From: Epiperipatus broadwayi
Taxonomy: Eukaryota; Animalia; Onychophora
Length of the DNA: 64,000 nucleotides
Assembly: GCA_028023455.1 (NCBI GenBank)
Contig: JAQFVV010000007.1
Location: 14,446,001-14,510,000, forward strand
Direction: 5' to 3'
In this document: one piece after another, positions 39,000 to 53,820 of the stretch
Position numbering within the stretch: position 1 is the first letter of the stretch
Layout of the letters: each line of letters starts with the position of its first letter
Notes under the pieces: generated by a model
The model's input: the letters and a program-made list of their open reading frames with translations, nothing else
The model's database searches: none
What the model was told of the DNA's origin: nothing
Made by a program: the position numbers and the translations under genes

Positions 39000-41790
39000 G
39001 TAAATATGTGGATTGACAATTATCTTATCTCTATTTCATATCTGATTCAGTTTATTGTGAAAAGTAGATGAGTGCCTTCTGGTATTGTTGCCTATTAAGT
39101 AGCTACACCTTGTACACCAGAAAGCATATAGTACAAAGGTGGATATTGATTTGCCTTGATAAGTATTGATAATATGATTAATGGTAATGTTCTGCTGGTG
39201 GTATGACACACACATTATTGTTCTAATTTGCTGTAATGCAGTGCATTGGTAAATCAGGTGTTGAGAATCTCTTTAACCTGGTGGCATAGACCACAAAATG
39301 GGTTAATTGAAATTTACATACTTTTATGGTGTAGAAAATATGTTGTTGGCAATGAAATGAGATTTGTTTTTAATATAAAGTCAAAACACTTAGACTCCAG
39401 TGCCCATTTTTTGTATTCATGGAGCAATTTTTGTTGCTAATATCTAATATTTGGTTATTATTATTTACATCTTGTTCTTCATGTGTATATTTATAAATGT
39501 CCCAATATGTGTGTTTGTTTGTATACCTGCTGCAGTATATTGATGGTAGTTTTATATTGATAAAAGATCAATGATATATATGAACTGGGTTGGGGTGGTT
39601 TGTCAGTTGGAGTTATTTTAATTAGACATTTGAAGTTTGGATAATTGATTCATAAGTGAAATTACAAGGTTATTTAATTTTTGAATATAGATGGTGTTAA
39701 TGTTGTGCAGGCCTAGACCATTTTTAATGAGGGGATGATTGAGTCTTCTTATTGATATAGCTGCCACTTTCTTGGCCCATATGAATGATTACAGATATTT
39801 TTAATGTTTACTTTAAAAACTTTTGAAAACATAATTATTGGTAGGTAGTAGTTTATTTTTCTCATGAGTTGTACCTTAGAATACAGAGAGTGATTTGTTT
39901 TGGATACTGAGGTTGCAATTTGTTGTGTCTCATGACTTAGTCTATTTTGTATGTTACATCTCATTCCAGTAATTCCCAAATGAAAAGGAAAACCTAAAAA
40001 GGAAGTTGGTTTGGAGCAATATATACATGTGCACAATCCTTCTGCAAACATAGTCCAATCACTGGTTTTTGCTGTGTTAAATTTTTAACTTGTATTTATC
40101 AGTATATTCTTTAAGTATTTCTTGTAATTGGAATAACAGTTCTTTGAAGACAGGAAAAACATGATATCCATATATTCCAAGCAAGTTATGTATTGTGTAG
40201 TACCATGTATTTATATTCCTGTGAATGGTTTTTTGGATTTTTTCAAGTAAGGGGTTAATATAGAGTATAAATAGTAGTGTGCTGAGGGAAGAACCCTGGG
40301 ATATGGATTGGGTGGGTGTAAATGATGGTGAATTCCTTCTATTGAGTGTTATGAGTATTTCTTGATTCAGTAGAGGGTTTGCTATAATGTAAAGTTGAGT
40401 TTTGGGATGGAAGTATTGGTTAGAATGCCTAACAAGATGGGAATGTCTATTACATCAAACATCCCCTCAATATTGAGTTAAACAGCTTTTGTGTTTTTTT
40501 TTTGCATTGTTAAGTCCAAGATTGCTTTGAATAATGCTGCTTGAATTGTCAAAGAATTCTTTTTATCAAATTGTACATTAGTTCTATTTTTTCCTTTATA
40601 AATTTTTTCAATTATTTTGATGGTAATGATCCCCATGAAAATTGGTCAGAGATCACTGGGGGGGGGGGGATTTTGTTGAAAAAAACAATGCAATGAGATA
40701 AACTCCTTCTATATTCTGAATTTTCAGTGATAAGTGGTTGGCTAAGTTGCATAAACATTTTCCATGTATTGACTTAGGTGTTTTAGCACAAATAATGGAA
40801 TTCCAGGGTTTTCTAGATGGCATCCACTTAATATAGTAACAAACCTTATTAGGAAGTCATTCATAGTGAATGGCCTTTCAATTTCTGTTGTCCAAATAGC
40901 TTAGGGTGTCTTATAGGTGGTGGTCTTGTTTAAAGTTTGCTTTTAAATTATTCAAAATAGGTAAGATCATATTGTGTCCTGAATATGTGCCTTCCTTTGT
41001 TTCAATTGCCATTGGTTGATGGCTGGTGGGTTTCCTAAAGCCCATTTAATATATTCCCTTCTCCATGTGTGTGGATGTGTTAGACATATTTTGCTTTTTT
41101 AGATTTTTAGATATTCTTTTAGTGTCTCACACACTATGTTATATGCATGTGTTAGGCTATATATACTACTGTGTGTGGTGTTATGGAGTAATCGGTTATG
41201 TATTTGTGGAGTTAATTTGCAAGTGTGAGTACTTTGCATGGTGGCAGTTGTTTTTTAGTTGCATGAGATATATAAAAAAAAAGAATGTTTGTGTATGCAA
41301 GGTACTGTTGTATATGGTTGAGATGCACATCTTTAATTTTAATTAATATGATGTATGTCTCTGAAAAAACAGTTTCTGGGGTGGCCAATGGAAGTAAAAT
41401 TCTGACCATTCTTGTTAATGGGAGAATTGATGTTCGTATTTGTGTAAGGTATAATGATATTATTTGGACCGAGTTATCAGAGAAAGCTGAAGGATTTAGT
41501 TTGAGTGTTATTTGGTGATGTAGCATTTGGGAAGTAAAAACATAGATCAGTGAATGATGAATGTCAACCATTGTGAAATGATATTGTATTCAGTGGCAGG
41601 AAGTCTTCTCCAATCATCAGCAATATAGAAATTCTATGAAACCATTTCTGTATAAATCTCTGGTATGTTGTGTTACAATCAGCTATTAGTATCCTTGGAC
41701 TTGCTGTACTGACTAGTGTTGAGTTTAGGTTCATTATTATAGTATTAATTTTGTTATCCTGTATGGACATGTAAACATAAATTATATTAA
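39000..41790 (-). mobile_element. Third degraded L1/Tx1-like LINE (APE endonuclease + RT relics)
   Basis: RILIADCNT (GDFN-like) in ORF 41564-41770. ISQGSSLSTLLFILY at ~40262-40305. SFLGFPF (YLGxP-like) in ORF 39749-40051. Confidence 0.75.
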
Positions 41791-42399
41791 TGTTTATAAT
41801 TTTATGTTGAAAGGGTACAGTTTATAGGTTTAATTCTATGAATATTCTTTTGACAGACCTGTGCTTGCTATGAGTCATCCCTGGAGCATGCATAGAACCC
41901 TTCTTTGCCTAAATATTTCATTGGTTCAATTTTTGAACTGGCATAGATTTTTGTTTCCAATAATCCAAGTATAAGTGGTTGTGTGGATAAAATCCATTGT
42001 TTGAGTTTTGTGATTTAAGGGGTTGAATTTAAACCCCTTACATTAATTGCATCAATTTTCAGCTTCATCATATTTGTGTGTAGTAGCTGTGTTTGTATTC
42101 TGGATTTGGCTTAATATTGTTGATTGTTTGACTTGATAAGCTTGGTCATGCAAATTTAATTTTAAATTGCTTCATAATCAAGACTTTGGGTGTTGGCTTA
42201 TTAATGTGGTAAACTAACACTCACCATTAAGCCAAAAATTGAAATACTTCATTTCATCACAACACACAAACTTCTCAGAAGATGTAGTTTTTAAATTACT
42301 GATTATTACAAACTAATTTAGAGTGAATAATGCTGTTTGCAATCATTCCAAAAATCAGATTAATCTTGACATTATTCTTCACTCGCTATGCTTTTTTTG

Positions 42400-42800
42400 G
42401 GTTATGATAAATTTGATTTTCCATTAAACAATTTGTAAACTTGTATTATCCTCACAGCAGATTTTTTGTAAGATGATTCAAGCAGAACAATTGTTTTCCC
42501 TACCATTTTACCAAATAGAAAACACAATGTTACCTTGTACCTTGTTCCAATTTTTCAACTAGTAGATCATTAGAAATAAGCAAGATGCACTTATCAAAAA
42601 TATTTACTGCACCATAATACAACCTATCTTGATGATGACAGTTGGCAGGCTGTTGCAAATCTTGTGGCAGAAGCATGTACTATAATGAGCTTGCTTTCCA
42701 GAGAATAATTCCAATTATTTTTGTGTACCCTCTCACATCCTGAATAAATGTCATGATAAGATTTTTATGAGTGGATATTGTCTTGATGCATTTAATAGTA
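42400..42800 (-). mobile_element. Possible hAT-transposase relic
   Basis: Minus-strand pieces YSGCERVHKII and AHYSTCFCHKI, in different frames, resemble the hAT MSG...GVQ..I...A.YVHC..H.L motif. No TIRs were found. Confidence 0.3.
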
Positions 42801-44067
42801 ATAGCAGATGATTTAAATTTTGTATTATTTTAATTATAATCTATAAGTGGCAAACTTTTCACATGCACAACTTTGAGAACATCCACTTCAGCTAAATACA
42901 TTAATGTTTATTACTAATCATTTATACAAATTTTAAACTATTGTCTTTATTATAGTAAAAAGCGTAAAACTTGCTGAAGTCTCAACTTTGACACCATCCA
43001 TTTCAGTTATTAAGATTATTATTGGTACTTACACATTAGTCCAGCAGCAATGAAAGTCACTGGCATAAACAAATGTGTATATACAGACCGAATTAAACAT
43101 ATTTACAAACTTTTTTAAAAAAAAATTAATTTTATAAGTTAATATTAAATATTATTCCAATAAGGAGAAAGCTATTTGTCAAAATGTTGTTTTGCTACTA
43201 ATTTTATGAAAAACAATAGTGGTGTTTTATCCAGGATTGTGGAAAGAGAGTAGCCATACATAATATAATGTGATTTGCTAAGAAACAACATTTTGTAAAT
43301 GGACAGAAGTGGCTGTTATACATATGCATATATTTTTTTCTGGTTTGGTTATCACTTGTAATAAATTTAGATTGTTAAAAGTTTAATTGTTGCAAGATCA
43401 TTTCTTGTAAAAAAAAAAAAAAATGTAAATGCATGTTTGTTTCATTTCCATTAAATAAATTTATAAGTGGTCATTTTTTAAAATAAGAAATCTTTATAAG
43501 TTTAGATGGTAGAAGATAATTTCTCACAAAAAAATGTAAAAATGTGTTAGTATGCATTTGTATTATCTTCAGTAAATAAAGTTATAGATAGTCATCTTTC
43601 CAAATAAATATGGTCACACTAATATGCATGTGAAATCTCACCACCAGACTAATAAGTGATTACCTTATTATTAATTCTTTATTAGTATAGAGATTACGAT
43701 GTACGATGTAATGTCAGACCTAGACCACATTCAAACACTTAATTATTGAATTATTATCTTTCCTACAATTTTGATGTACAGGTGGCAATTTTTCTGTGTG
43801 CACTACTTTGATCCCATCTTCTTCAGACAAATACATTAATGACCATTATTAAACATTTATTAGGCTACAAATCACCATATTATTCCTAGATTAGATATAA
43901 ATCTTATACCCAATTAAAGATTAATATATATATATATTAACCATTAACAACATTTTAAGTGTATATTTGGGTTTAAAATTATTTAATAATATCTAGTTTT
44001 AAAAAAATCATAAATGTATTTATCTGAAGTGGATAGTATTAAAATGTGATTTTAAAAAGTTGTAAAA

Positions 44068-44366
44068 CAAATTATAATATTGAAATACAAGTATAATGTA
44101 TATACTTAACCTAAATGTAATTAAAGGGGATTTGAATCCAGACTTTCAAGTTTCCTACTGATACACTCTTTCTCATATAACCGATACACATGACCAAGTA
44201 CAACAATGAGTGCTTCTTCCGCACGAAATATATATATATATTGGAGATCATTTATCGTTTTCACATGTATGTGGTCATGTGTATCGGTTATATTGATAGA
44301 GTGTAGGATTGTAGAAAGCATGAAAGTCTGGGTCCAAATTTTCTTTAATTAAATCAAATTATAATA
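44068..44366. mobile_element. Family D palindrome with HHR remnant
   Basis: caatga-gtgc-ttcttcc-gcac-GAAA-tatatatatata-ttgg at ~44204-44244. Inverted termini. Flanking repeat caaattataata at 44068-44079 and 44355-44366. Confidence 0.8.
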
Positions 44367-45984
44367 ATTTGATATTTATGAACACTAACCAAATGATGAA
44401 GACATGTGTAACAGACTGTTGCCTGAGCCTTCTGATAAGTGATGGTGTAATGAAAAATTCATATTGAACGTCGTTTATCTTTTTCAGAAATCTTCACTCA
44501 TATTTCAACAATATGTCGCGTAATGTACTGTTTAGTATATTTAAAATATCTTTATACTATATTTGATCCTAAAGTGTTTGCAAACTAATGGTTAAATGTC
44601 AATTAGTAGCAATTTTAAAAACATTCATTTATACATATTGTTGTAATTATTTATTTAATAAAAATTTTGATCAAATACTATAAACAAAAATGTCCGCCAA
44701 CATTTCAAATATATATTATTATCATTATTACAGATTTTTACTAATTGTGTGTGTTATGAATTTTTTCTCTCCGACTTTTATATTTTTGTCTTATAAAAGT
44801 TATTTTTGATATAAATATTTCCTTCTTTTACAGTTCACATATCCTATTTACTTTCACTTGCAATTCTGAATTCAATAATAGATGAAAAATAATTTGAGAT
44901 TTCCTGTAGGAACTACTAAGAAGAAGGTTTTAAGTAGATATCCTTTGCCTGTTCATGCCTTCAAATAAACCCCATTAGTAAGGTTTTTCAGAGGATGTGG
45001 TGGAAAAGATTCTACTAAGAGTGTGATTCTTATAAGCCCCTCACACTTTTATCCCACTGACATTTTCCTGGACAAACACTACAATTTTAAGGAATTGATA
45101 AGTAATTTAATTTATTTTCCTGTAGGAAGTTGTCAAAGTGTATTATTTCTTATGGTTTTTGGAATGTATAGAATGAAAATAAAATATGTTTTGCTTCGTA
45201 AATCAATATAGCATCGACACAGTTAATACAATTATTATTTTTTAATTAACAACAGAGGTAAAATAATTGATTTATTTCAAAAAACATTTTCAGTTGTACT
45301 GTATATATTTTTTTAAGTAAATAAACAATTTAGTTTGTATCACATATATACATTTATTAAAACACCTGTGAAAATAAATTTGAAGGCATACGGAGATAAA
45401 GCATTGGTGGTCTACAAAATAGATTTTAAAATAAGAATTTAAGTTTACTGTTGACATTTTATTTCTCTCAAAGATTATATGACATTGTTTTTGGGAAATA
45501 AATGTTCAAAAATAAAAGTTTAGTGTAAATATATATGTATATTTTTACATGCTCTTTTTTTAATCAATAAAATACTAGTTATATTAAGCCTTATATATGT
45601 AATAAGTTGTACTCAGTCTACAAACGCATCTATATGTGGCAGATAATGAAATGATCTGCAGAAATTATGATTCACTTCAAGTATATAAATAAATCATGTA
45701 ATAATTTGATGTTCAAGGGTTCATTTGAAAGTTTTAGACAGATCGAGCACCGGAAGTAACAAAATTAATCTGCAGTTCATGGAACTTTAGTTATAGCATC
45801 CACCACCCAACACTTCTTTAAATCAGCATTATTTATCATTCAAGTAACTAATGAATAGTGAACAACTAAGTTATCTTCTGCTGCCTTGAAGAATAAGATA
45901 TTATCAAAAGCTAAGCCAACACAAATAGTTTTTGCTTTTGATTCTCTTAGCTGGTTTTTTTTTTATTTTCTTTTACCAACAAAC

Positions 45985-46640
45985 ATTACATAATCACCAT
46001 TTTTTATGCTTCTTCAATCTGTTAAAACAGGAAAAACTATTCAAACAGTAGTGCTACTCAGTGCAAGCCAGAGTAATCAATAGATCCCAGAAGGCTTATG
46101 CATAAAATCCCTAGCTAGGGCATACTCTTCCAATATCCCCAGACTAGTTTCTAGCTCATGACTTTCTCAGTGAGGAGGGAAAGTTTTGTCTGTTTTAACA
46201 ATTTGGAAAAGCATAAGAAATAATGATCATATGATGTTTAGTGGTTTAATGCCAATTCTGCCTAATAAGATAGTAGTAGCTATGGTTATTAAAGTACCAT
46301 AGACAACAAAATAAATGGGTACTGAACTAAGTTCAGACCTATATGATTATATAAGCTAATGAGCTTCGATCGAAAATATTATTGTGTATTAAATTTTACA
46401 TAGTTTTACAGTTAAGTAAAGATAAAAGATGGCTGCTGGAGTGTTGCATTAGATCCTAAGATCTAGGTGCAGTGCTCTCAGATCCAAAGTTCTTCACTCA
46501 TGAAAGCCACAAACTAGAAAGTAATATGTGGATATTGGATGAGTAGGCACTAGATACAGATATTATACCCAATCCTTCCTTCATCTATTGATTACTCTGG
46601 CTTGCACTAAATGACACTACAGTATGAAGTGTTTTGCCTT
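45985..46640. mobile_element. Family C composite (minus arm, then tail, head-to-tail junction and full plus monomer)
   Basis: HHR remnants at ~46138-46180 (-) and ~46490-46535 (+). The junction gatcatatgatgtttagtggtttaatgccaattctg at ~46225-46260 matches the junction at 24235-24275. Confidence 0.8.
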
Positions 46641-46999
46641 TTTTTTTACATTATTTCCTATTTTATTGTATTCTCTTTATTAAAATTATAACAATAAGAT
46701 TGTGTGTTTATGTTTGATTTGTTAATTACATGCACAACATTTCTAAGTATTTTTTGCTTATGTAAAATTCATAAGTTTCATGTAACACTGTTCATGTACT
46801 AGATGGACTGGATATCTATAGTTGTGATCATACATAATGCAATGCAATCAACATAAAAAATATTTTGCTTATTTATGTTTATGCAGTTTATTTCAAAATC
46901 AGAAAACTAAACATTTCACTTTTTACAACTTTACGACTTTATAAGTTATCATTAAAGCAACAGACATAACATTGTGTAGATAGTGTAATCCTTATTTCA

Positions 47000-47340
47000 T
47001 ATGACCACATTCACACAGAAATTTTACTTTTATTTTCTATTATGCATGAAATGTATGAATCTTTTATGACCACATTCACACAGAAATTTTACTTTTATTT
47101 TCTATTAAGCATGAAATATGCATGTTTTGCTCTTATAACCCCATTCACACAGGGAGTCTTTTATATTCTATTATGTATGAAATATGCATACGTTACTCTT
47201 ATGACCACATTTACACAGGAAATCTTACTTTTATATTTTATTGTGCATAAAATATGCATATCTTAATTTAATGGTCATATTTATTCAGAAAGTCTTACTT
47301 TTAATTTTTATTATTTATGAGATATGTATATTTTACATTG
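47000..47340. repeat. ~65-bp minisatellite, about 5 copies
   Basis: tatgaccacattcacacagaaattttacttttattttctatt recurs. Confidence 0.85.
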
Positions 47341-47499
47341 TTCATTTTGAATAGAAGCAGAAATAAATTGGAATTATGAATTTTTAAAAATATGATTATG
47401 ACTACTGTCTGACTTTTATGCTTGCTGCATAATAAAACATAACATATATTTTTAAGTGATATTTCTTGTTACCAGAATTGTTTGAATGCTGACATTAAT

Positions 47500-47590
47500 G
47501 CTTCATAAGTTTGCATACAGGAAGTGTTAAGCTGAGCTGTGATTTATGAATCTTACATTCTAGAGTTTGCCATTTTCCATTGCATCAAAC
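47500..47590 (-). repeat. Solo degraded family E unit
   Basis: ggaagtgttaagctgagctgtgatttatgaatc...ctagagtttgccattttccattgcatcaaa aligns to the satellite unit. A similar solo piece lies at ~30500-30590. Confidence 0.5.
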
Positions 47591-49129
47591 TAAGTAAGGC
47601 ATTAGTTGGTTTCACTCATAAGAAGATGAGGATTGGATATATAATTAGGCAAGATGTAGAAATCTTTCAATGAATAAAATTTTTTGTAGAAAAAGTTAAA
47701 AGATAGCATCAGAAGATGTTAATTACACAGAGCGAGACAACACACATGACATATATCAATGTTATGGAGTAGATTATATCATTACACAAAAAATTCATCT
47801 TTAACTTTTTTCTTCATCTTTCTATGCTTGATTGATTTTCTAAAATTATATTACCCATATTTATTAGGAGATAGCTGTTACTAATTATAGTAGGGTTGTG
47901 CAATGATGTATCAACATGCATGTATCTATAATCTTAAAAATTAAAAAAAACATGCAAGGTTACATAATGTATATAAATAAAAAATGAATTAATTTTTAGA
48001 TAAACCACTGCAAAAATCTCTTTAATAATCCATAATAGTGACGAAATGAAAGAAAAGACATTATTCATCAAGTTGTGACATCATAGATCATGTGAATTAG
48101 ATTAGTTTCCTTTCTTATTTTATTTCTAATAAAGAAAATCTGTATATTCTTTTATTGGCCAATACCTAATAATTGTCTTCTTTGATAACATTCTAGATAC
48201 CCTATTACTGATAAATATCTAATAATTATCTGGGTTTGCTCTCTGAGAGAAAATTCCAAACCTGTTTGGATTGATTTGAGATTAAACCCATGTTGTAAAC
48301 CATGACATTTACACTAGATGAGTATAATATTATTTGCATAAACATTGTCAGAAGTTAGCTTATAAATATCAAAAGCTTAAAGAATATGGGGATTTATTCT
48401 GTTCTTGCCATTTAGTCAATTGTGTTATTTGTTTATAGAAGAGAAATTGGTTTATTCCATTAATTGCATATATGTAATAATAAATAATATAGCGATATCT
48501 GTAGTATTGTGGAAAAAACTATTTTTCACACATTTGCTAGAATTGAAGTACTTTCTTCTGTCAATAATTGCTTTAAAACTATAGGTGGTCTAACTTAAGA
48601 TTAAAGCCTCTTATTTAAATAATCAAACAATCACTGACCATGCCTAAATTAGAACTAGGTCCTATTATTTGACTAATTACTAATTTGAACTATGCTAATT
48701 TAATGTGTATTATTATTAACTTTTTGTTTAATTATTAAAACAAGATTATTAAAAGGAAATTCAAAAAAAAAAGAAAATTCAGGTTTCATATTTGCATAAT
48801 TGACAAAAAATAAATAAGGAAAAAGATGAGAATACTAACAAGCAAAATGCTCTGTTATATACTAACCTGTAATCTATTACTAACTGTGGAATAGAATTGG
48901 AAAAATATAAAGTTGGAATTTTTTTGAAAATTATTTAGAAATTCAATTAATCCAACAGATAACTATAAGTAAAATGTAATCTTCATAAATCTTCATAGGA
49001 ATAATTGGTTTTAGGATAATCTCTAGTTTTAAAAATGATTAACAATAATCATTAATATATTTACATAAAATGTTTTAGCAAATCAAAACACAAAAATGGA
49101 GTTGGAATAAACAAATTTCTCTAAGAGAT

Positions 49130-49290
49130 AATATTTAAACAGTTGAAGTCTTTTTAAACCGAATCTCAAGAGTTTATAAAAGACCTAGAAAGTGACTACA
49201 GATGAGTTGAATGAATTAAATAAAGAAGAGAGATTATGGGCCTGAGAAATTGGATTAAATAGTAAGAAACTTTCATTCTGCAGTAGGTTG
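49130..49290 (+). mobile_element. RTE-like LINE 3' fragment
   Basis: ttcattctgcagtaggttgaaaatggttgatgatg is an RTE-type 3' end. Confidence 0.55.
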
Positions 49291-49340
49291 AAAATGGTTG
49301 ATGATGTTGTTTGTAGTATAATTCACTGTAAACATTTATT

Positions 49341-49792
49341 TATCAAAAAGTAACAATATAGGAGATTTGATCTTCAACATATGTATTTCATGCTGAACTG
49401 GCAATCATCTGTAGTTCTAGATCATCACCTCCCACACACATATATAATCAGTGCTTAGTTTATATTATGATAGCAAATCTTCAAACTTTATTAGACAGGT
49501 TTTATTCTACTCTATCCTTCAACTCTTCAGCCATGGCCAAATAACTTGTTGATGTTGATAAACTGAGCACTTATTGATATATGTGTGAGAGATGATGATC
49601 TGGACCAACTGATGAGTGCTGGATCAGCATGAAATATGTATTTTACAGATCATTTATCTTTATCACATGTGTGTGATCATAAGTATTGATTATATGAGAT
49701 AGAGTAGATAATGGAAGGGATCTTGAGATTCTGTGTTCAAATTTCCTAAATGAACTATACTTGTATTCCAAATATATTAAAAAGTCATAATA
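49341..49792. mobile_element. Family D palindrome with HHR remnants on both strands
   Basis: Plus strand ccaa-CTGATGA-GTGCTG-gat-CAGCAT-GAAA-tatgta at 49605-49640. Minus-strand remnant at ~49380-49420. Degenerate flanking repeat at 49341-49358 and 49775-49792. Confidence 0.8.
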
Positions 49793-49852
49793 AATTTAAT
49801 GCCTGCTATTAAAAATTAATGGATTATATTTGTTACAATACAATTCATTATT

Positions 49853-50110
49853 TATCACATGATCATCATTTCATATGATTCCACATGCTGTTAGTAAGAG
49901 TACCAAACTCTCCATATGGTAGTGTCACCAAGGACAAGTCTTTGTAACCAATGGATGCAGGATGGTTAGTGCCTAAAATCACTATCTAGGGCCTGGTCAT
50001 GAGATGTTGGATGAGTTGGCACTAGATATGGATTTTATGCACAAACTTTCCTGCATCTATTGATTACAAAGGCTTGCATTTGGTGGCACTAATGTATGGA
50101 GAGTTTTGTA
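49853..50110. mobile_element. Family C collapsed palindrome (HHR deleted)
   Basis: aaactctccatatggtagtg and cactaatgtatggagagtttt are inverted arms, with the tail on the left. Confidence 0.7.
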
Positions 50111-50849
50111 TTCTTATTAATCTATTTTATGGTGCTAATTGATATTTTTTTTTTTTTTTATAATAATAAAAATAAAAATAAATATTAATAAAATAATTTC
50201 ATTATTTGAAAATTTTGTGTATTTCAAATATATTCCAGAATGACAAAGAGAATATGGAATGCAAGATTATTCATGAGAAAAATATATGATAATAAATACT
50301 TAATTGCTTATAAAATAAAATGGGTGGATAAATACTCTATATTAAATAAAAATGAATATAAAATAGAATAGGAGAGTAACTAAACAATATCAACAATCAA
50401 TATAAAATAGAGAAAAAATTGATAACTTCATGTTAATTATTAATAATTATTAAATCTTGTCATTTCACATTGTCATATTGGATATTTTTTACAATCATTA
50501 TTTATGTAATAGAATTGTTGAAATAATAGATGAATCATAAATATTATCTAATTAATCTGTTCTTAATCTTCATCATAATTTTAATCAATATCAGTCTACT
50601 AGGATGAATCCAACTTTAATCCAGTATTTTAATCAATAGTTTCTCCACACCACCAAACATGCTTGTTGGAACCATTCATTCTACAAATGACTCCTTTTAA
50701 CTCTTGTACAATCTTTTAGGATGCAATTAAAGATTTTGATTGTTTATTACAAATAACATTGATATTCTATTGGATTATTTTAAACATTAACTGTGGCAAT
50801 AATACTTCACAAGTTAAACTTCTAGAGAATCATTTTATAAATTTGTTAA

Positions 50850-51915
50850 ATGACTTTACAGGAGTTTAACTTCAAAAGTACTATTATTGTATAGAATTTG
50901 AACGAGGTCCTATATAAAACCCAGCATCATTTTAGTCCCTTAGTTTTTTTGATGATGTCAATGACACCCATTTTTTCTCTCATTCAAATATTTCATTTCT
51001 CCATCTTTCTTCTTACTTTCAGTATATATCTGCCCGTCCTTTATTAAATGATCTGAAAAACCCATACTGCTCTTCCTTACTCCTAATTATAACTAAATAA
51101 AAATTATTAACACTTTAATAAGTTCATTATCTTTTCATGTGCCCTAAACATTTTAGGATAGTAGTAGAATTACAGACTCTGGAGATGAAGGTTTTTTGAT
51201 AAATTTTCAGATCAACTAAAATAAAAAAAACAATCCAATTTGGTCGTTTGAATGAAATCCTTATACTCAACCTATTGCTTTGATGCTAGAACATCTTTCA
51301 ATGTTTCAAATTACGATTCTGTGATTTTGTTTTAATTTTTCTGCACAGTCTAACATAGCTCAAAGGAAAGGTCTTTGAATAGATTTTTGACTAAGTAAAG
51401 TAAAAAATATCTCACTTTATTCACTCTAACACTCCCTTATAGGTGACTTCCTGAACACTTGACCATGTTGTTATTTGTTAGTAAGTCATAGCTTCCAGAA
51501 TCACTTTTAATAATTTTCTCAAATTAATAAATCCTATTAAAAATGCTGACCAATATTGTATTGCCTCAATGCAGTCTATAAATATACTCTTTCATTTTTA
51601 TTCATATATATTTAATTTAATAAAACCAAATTTGGAATAATTACTTCTATTGACTTTAAACAGCTTACATTTTTCTATTATTTCATATTAAATAACCAAT
51701 TATATAATTAACACATTACATAGTTATGTCTTATATTATAAATGAAAACATTTAATGCCTTCTATCAACTCCCTGTGAGATGAATGGATGAAATAAGAAA
51801 GTGTGCAGGAGTGATGTGGAGAAGAGATGCTAAAGATCGGAGAAGATGGATTAAACTTGGAGAGACCTTTATCCTGCAGTGGATTGATAATGGTTGTTGA
51901 TGATGATGATGATCA
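50850..51915. mobile_element. RTE-like fragments (minus ~50850-51620; plus-strand 3' end ~51775-51915)
   Basis: ggagagacctttatcctgcagtggattgataatggttgttgatgatgatgat at ~51860-51912 is nearly identical to the 3' end of the RTE at 58160-58210. Confidence 0.6.
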
Positions 51916-52469
51916 ACTCCCTATTTAACTAAAGTATAAGATGTGATTTAATAGCCAAATTCTGGATTACGACAATACAAGTTTCACAGGACCAACTTCA
52001 ATAAAATCCCTTATCAGTTATGCCAGCATTATTAACGACAAATAATCATATTTGTATTAGTCCTTTAGGAAAATGACTTTTTCTTTTGTTAGCCCTATTA
52101 ATAATTTATTATAGTTCAATGTTTGATCTGAATTTGAGAGTAATTTAAATTTACAAATAAAATACATTCCAAAAATTATAACAGAAATTTGAAAATATTG
52201 ATAAAATAATAATAAACTGAGTACACAATGAAAACAAATGATTTTTTTTTATCTGACAGTATTCAGGAGTACAATCAAGCTAGCAATTAAGAAATTTTTG
52301 CTGAATAAAATAACAGAAACAAATACATGTAAAACTATTAAAAACCCATCAAATTATTTTTAATTTTTAAATTTCTATTTAAAAATTTTCAAATATCTCC
52401 AAAGTTTCTTATACCATTTTTGAAATATTAATTTTTTTCTACAGTACAGGTTTTTTATACCTGCACTTC

Positions 52470-52730
52470 TATATGTAATATATAGGGGTTTAAACTCAGA
52501 CTTTCACACAATCCTCAACCATCCATGCTATTTCATACTACTGATACACTTGATCACACACATGTTGAAAAGATAAATAATCACCAATATATATATTTTG
52601 TGCTAAACCAGCACTCGTCATCTCTGCACATATATACAATCAAAGCTCAGCTTATATTAAGATAGCCAATCTTCATATTTTAATGGACAGGCTTCAAACC
52701 ACTCCACCCTACAACTCTTAAGCCATCTAT
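52470..52730 (-). mobile_element. Family D monomer with HHR remnant
   Basis: Minus strand reads gatgacga-gtgct-ggttt-agcac-aaaa-tatatata-ttggtga at 52582-52622. Confidence 0.75.
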
Positions 52731-53569
52731 TTCATTGAAAATCTGATGATGGAACACTCAATATTTACTGATATCACTCAAAAGGAATAACAATATTATG
52801 ACTGTAATTAATTTTAAAAATAAATAAAATATTTATGAATAAAATCAAAGTTGAATATATGTTTTCTTTTGGTTTTTAATATTGTGAAAAAAATAATCAC
52901 CAATTCTTAATAAACTATACAAAAAAATAAATTTTTGTTCTTTCTCAAAAATTTTCTCAAAATAGTCTTGCAAATAGAAATAAAACAGAATAACAGTGAA
53001 ATAAATTTTTCATGTAAGTGAAAGAGGAGATAAATGACTCTTATGTTTTTCCATCTTTAGAAAATACTGGCCTCTTTAGATTTTTTCCCAACTAATACGT
53101 CATTTTTTTATTAATTTTGTTTTTTAGCATCATTTAACTGGGGTGTTTTATAACTATGGTGGACTTCATATGGGGGAATCAAAACAAAGTGTTGAAGTTG
53201 ATTTGTTTGTACAGCCATCTATTGAGTTCACTATTTTTTTTTAATTTGTAAAGTTCATGAATATTTTATTTTGATATTTTAATTAAAAGTATTAAAAAAT
53301 CAGAATAACCAAAAATATAGTGATTTCATCAAATGTCACCAAGTTTTGCCATCTTTGGTCATTGTTAGAGAATTTCACATGCTTTGTAAGATTTATTTGA
53401 GAAAAATGTATGGATGACTAAAATCTTTACTTTTCTTCAAAGTTTATTAAGATTTATGATTATTTTTGCCTAATAATTATGTAATAATTATTAAAAATTA
53501 AAGGTGTACATGATTACACATTTCTTTTATATGTATGTTTTATTTTTAAAAATTGAAAATACAGAGTTC

Positions 53570-53820
53570 TAATACACATTTAACTATTGGACTATTTTTA
53601 TCATCTAATATGAGTATTAAATGTCTCTAGAAAAATTTAACTATTTAATTATTCCTAATACATTAGACATTTAGTAATAGCACACATGTATTTGGAATAT
53701 TTAAATAAAGTTAAAGTTTTCTAAAGACATTAAATACTCATATTAAATTATGAAAATAGTCCAATATATAAATACAACTAAAACATTATCATCACAAACT
53801 TCAAGAAAACACTTCTAATA
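53570..53820. mobile_element. Family A collapsed palindrome
   Basis: tattggactatttt...aaaatagtccaata arms, with the right-hand tail catcatcacaaacttcaagaa. Confidence 0.75.
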
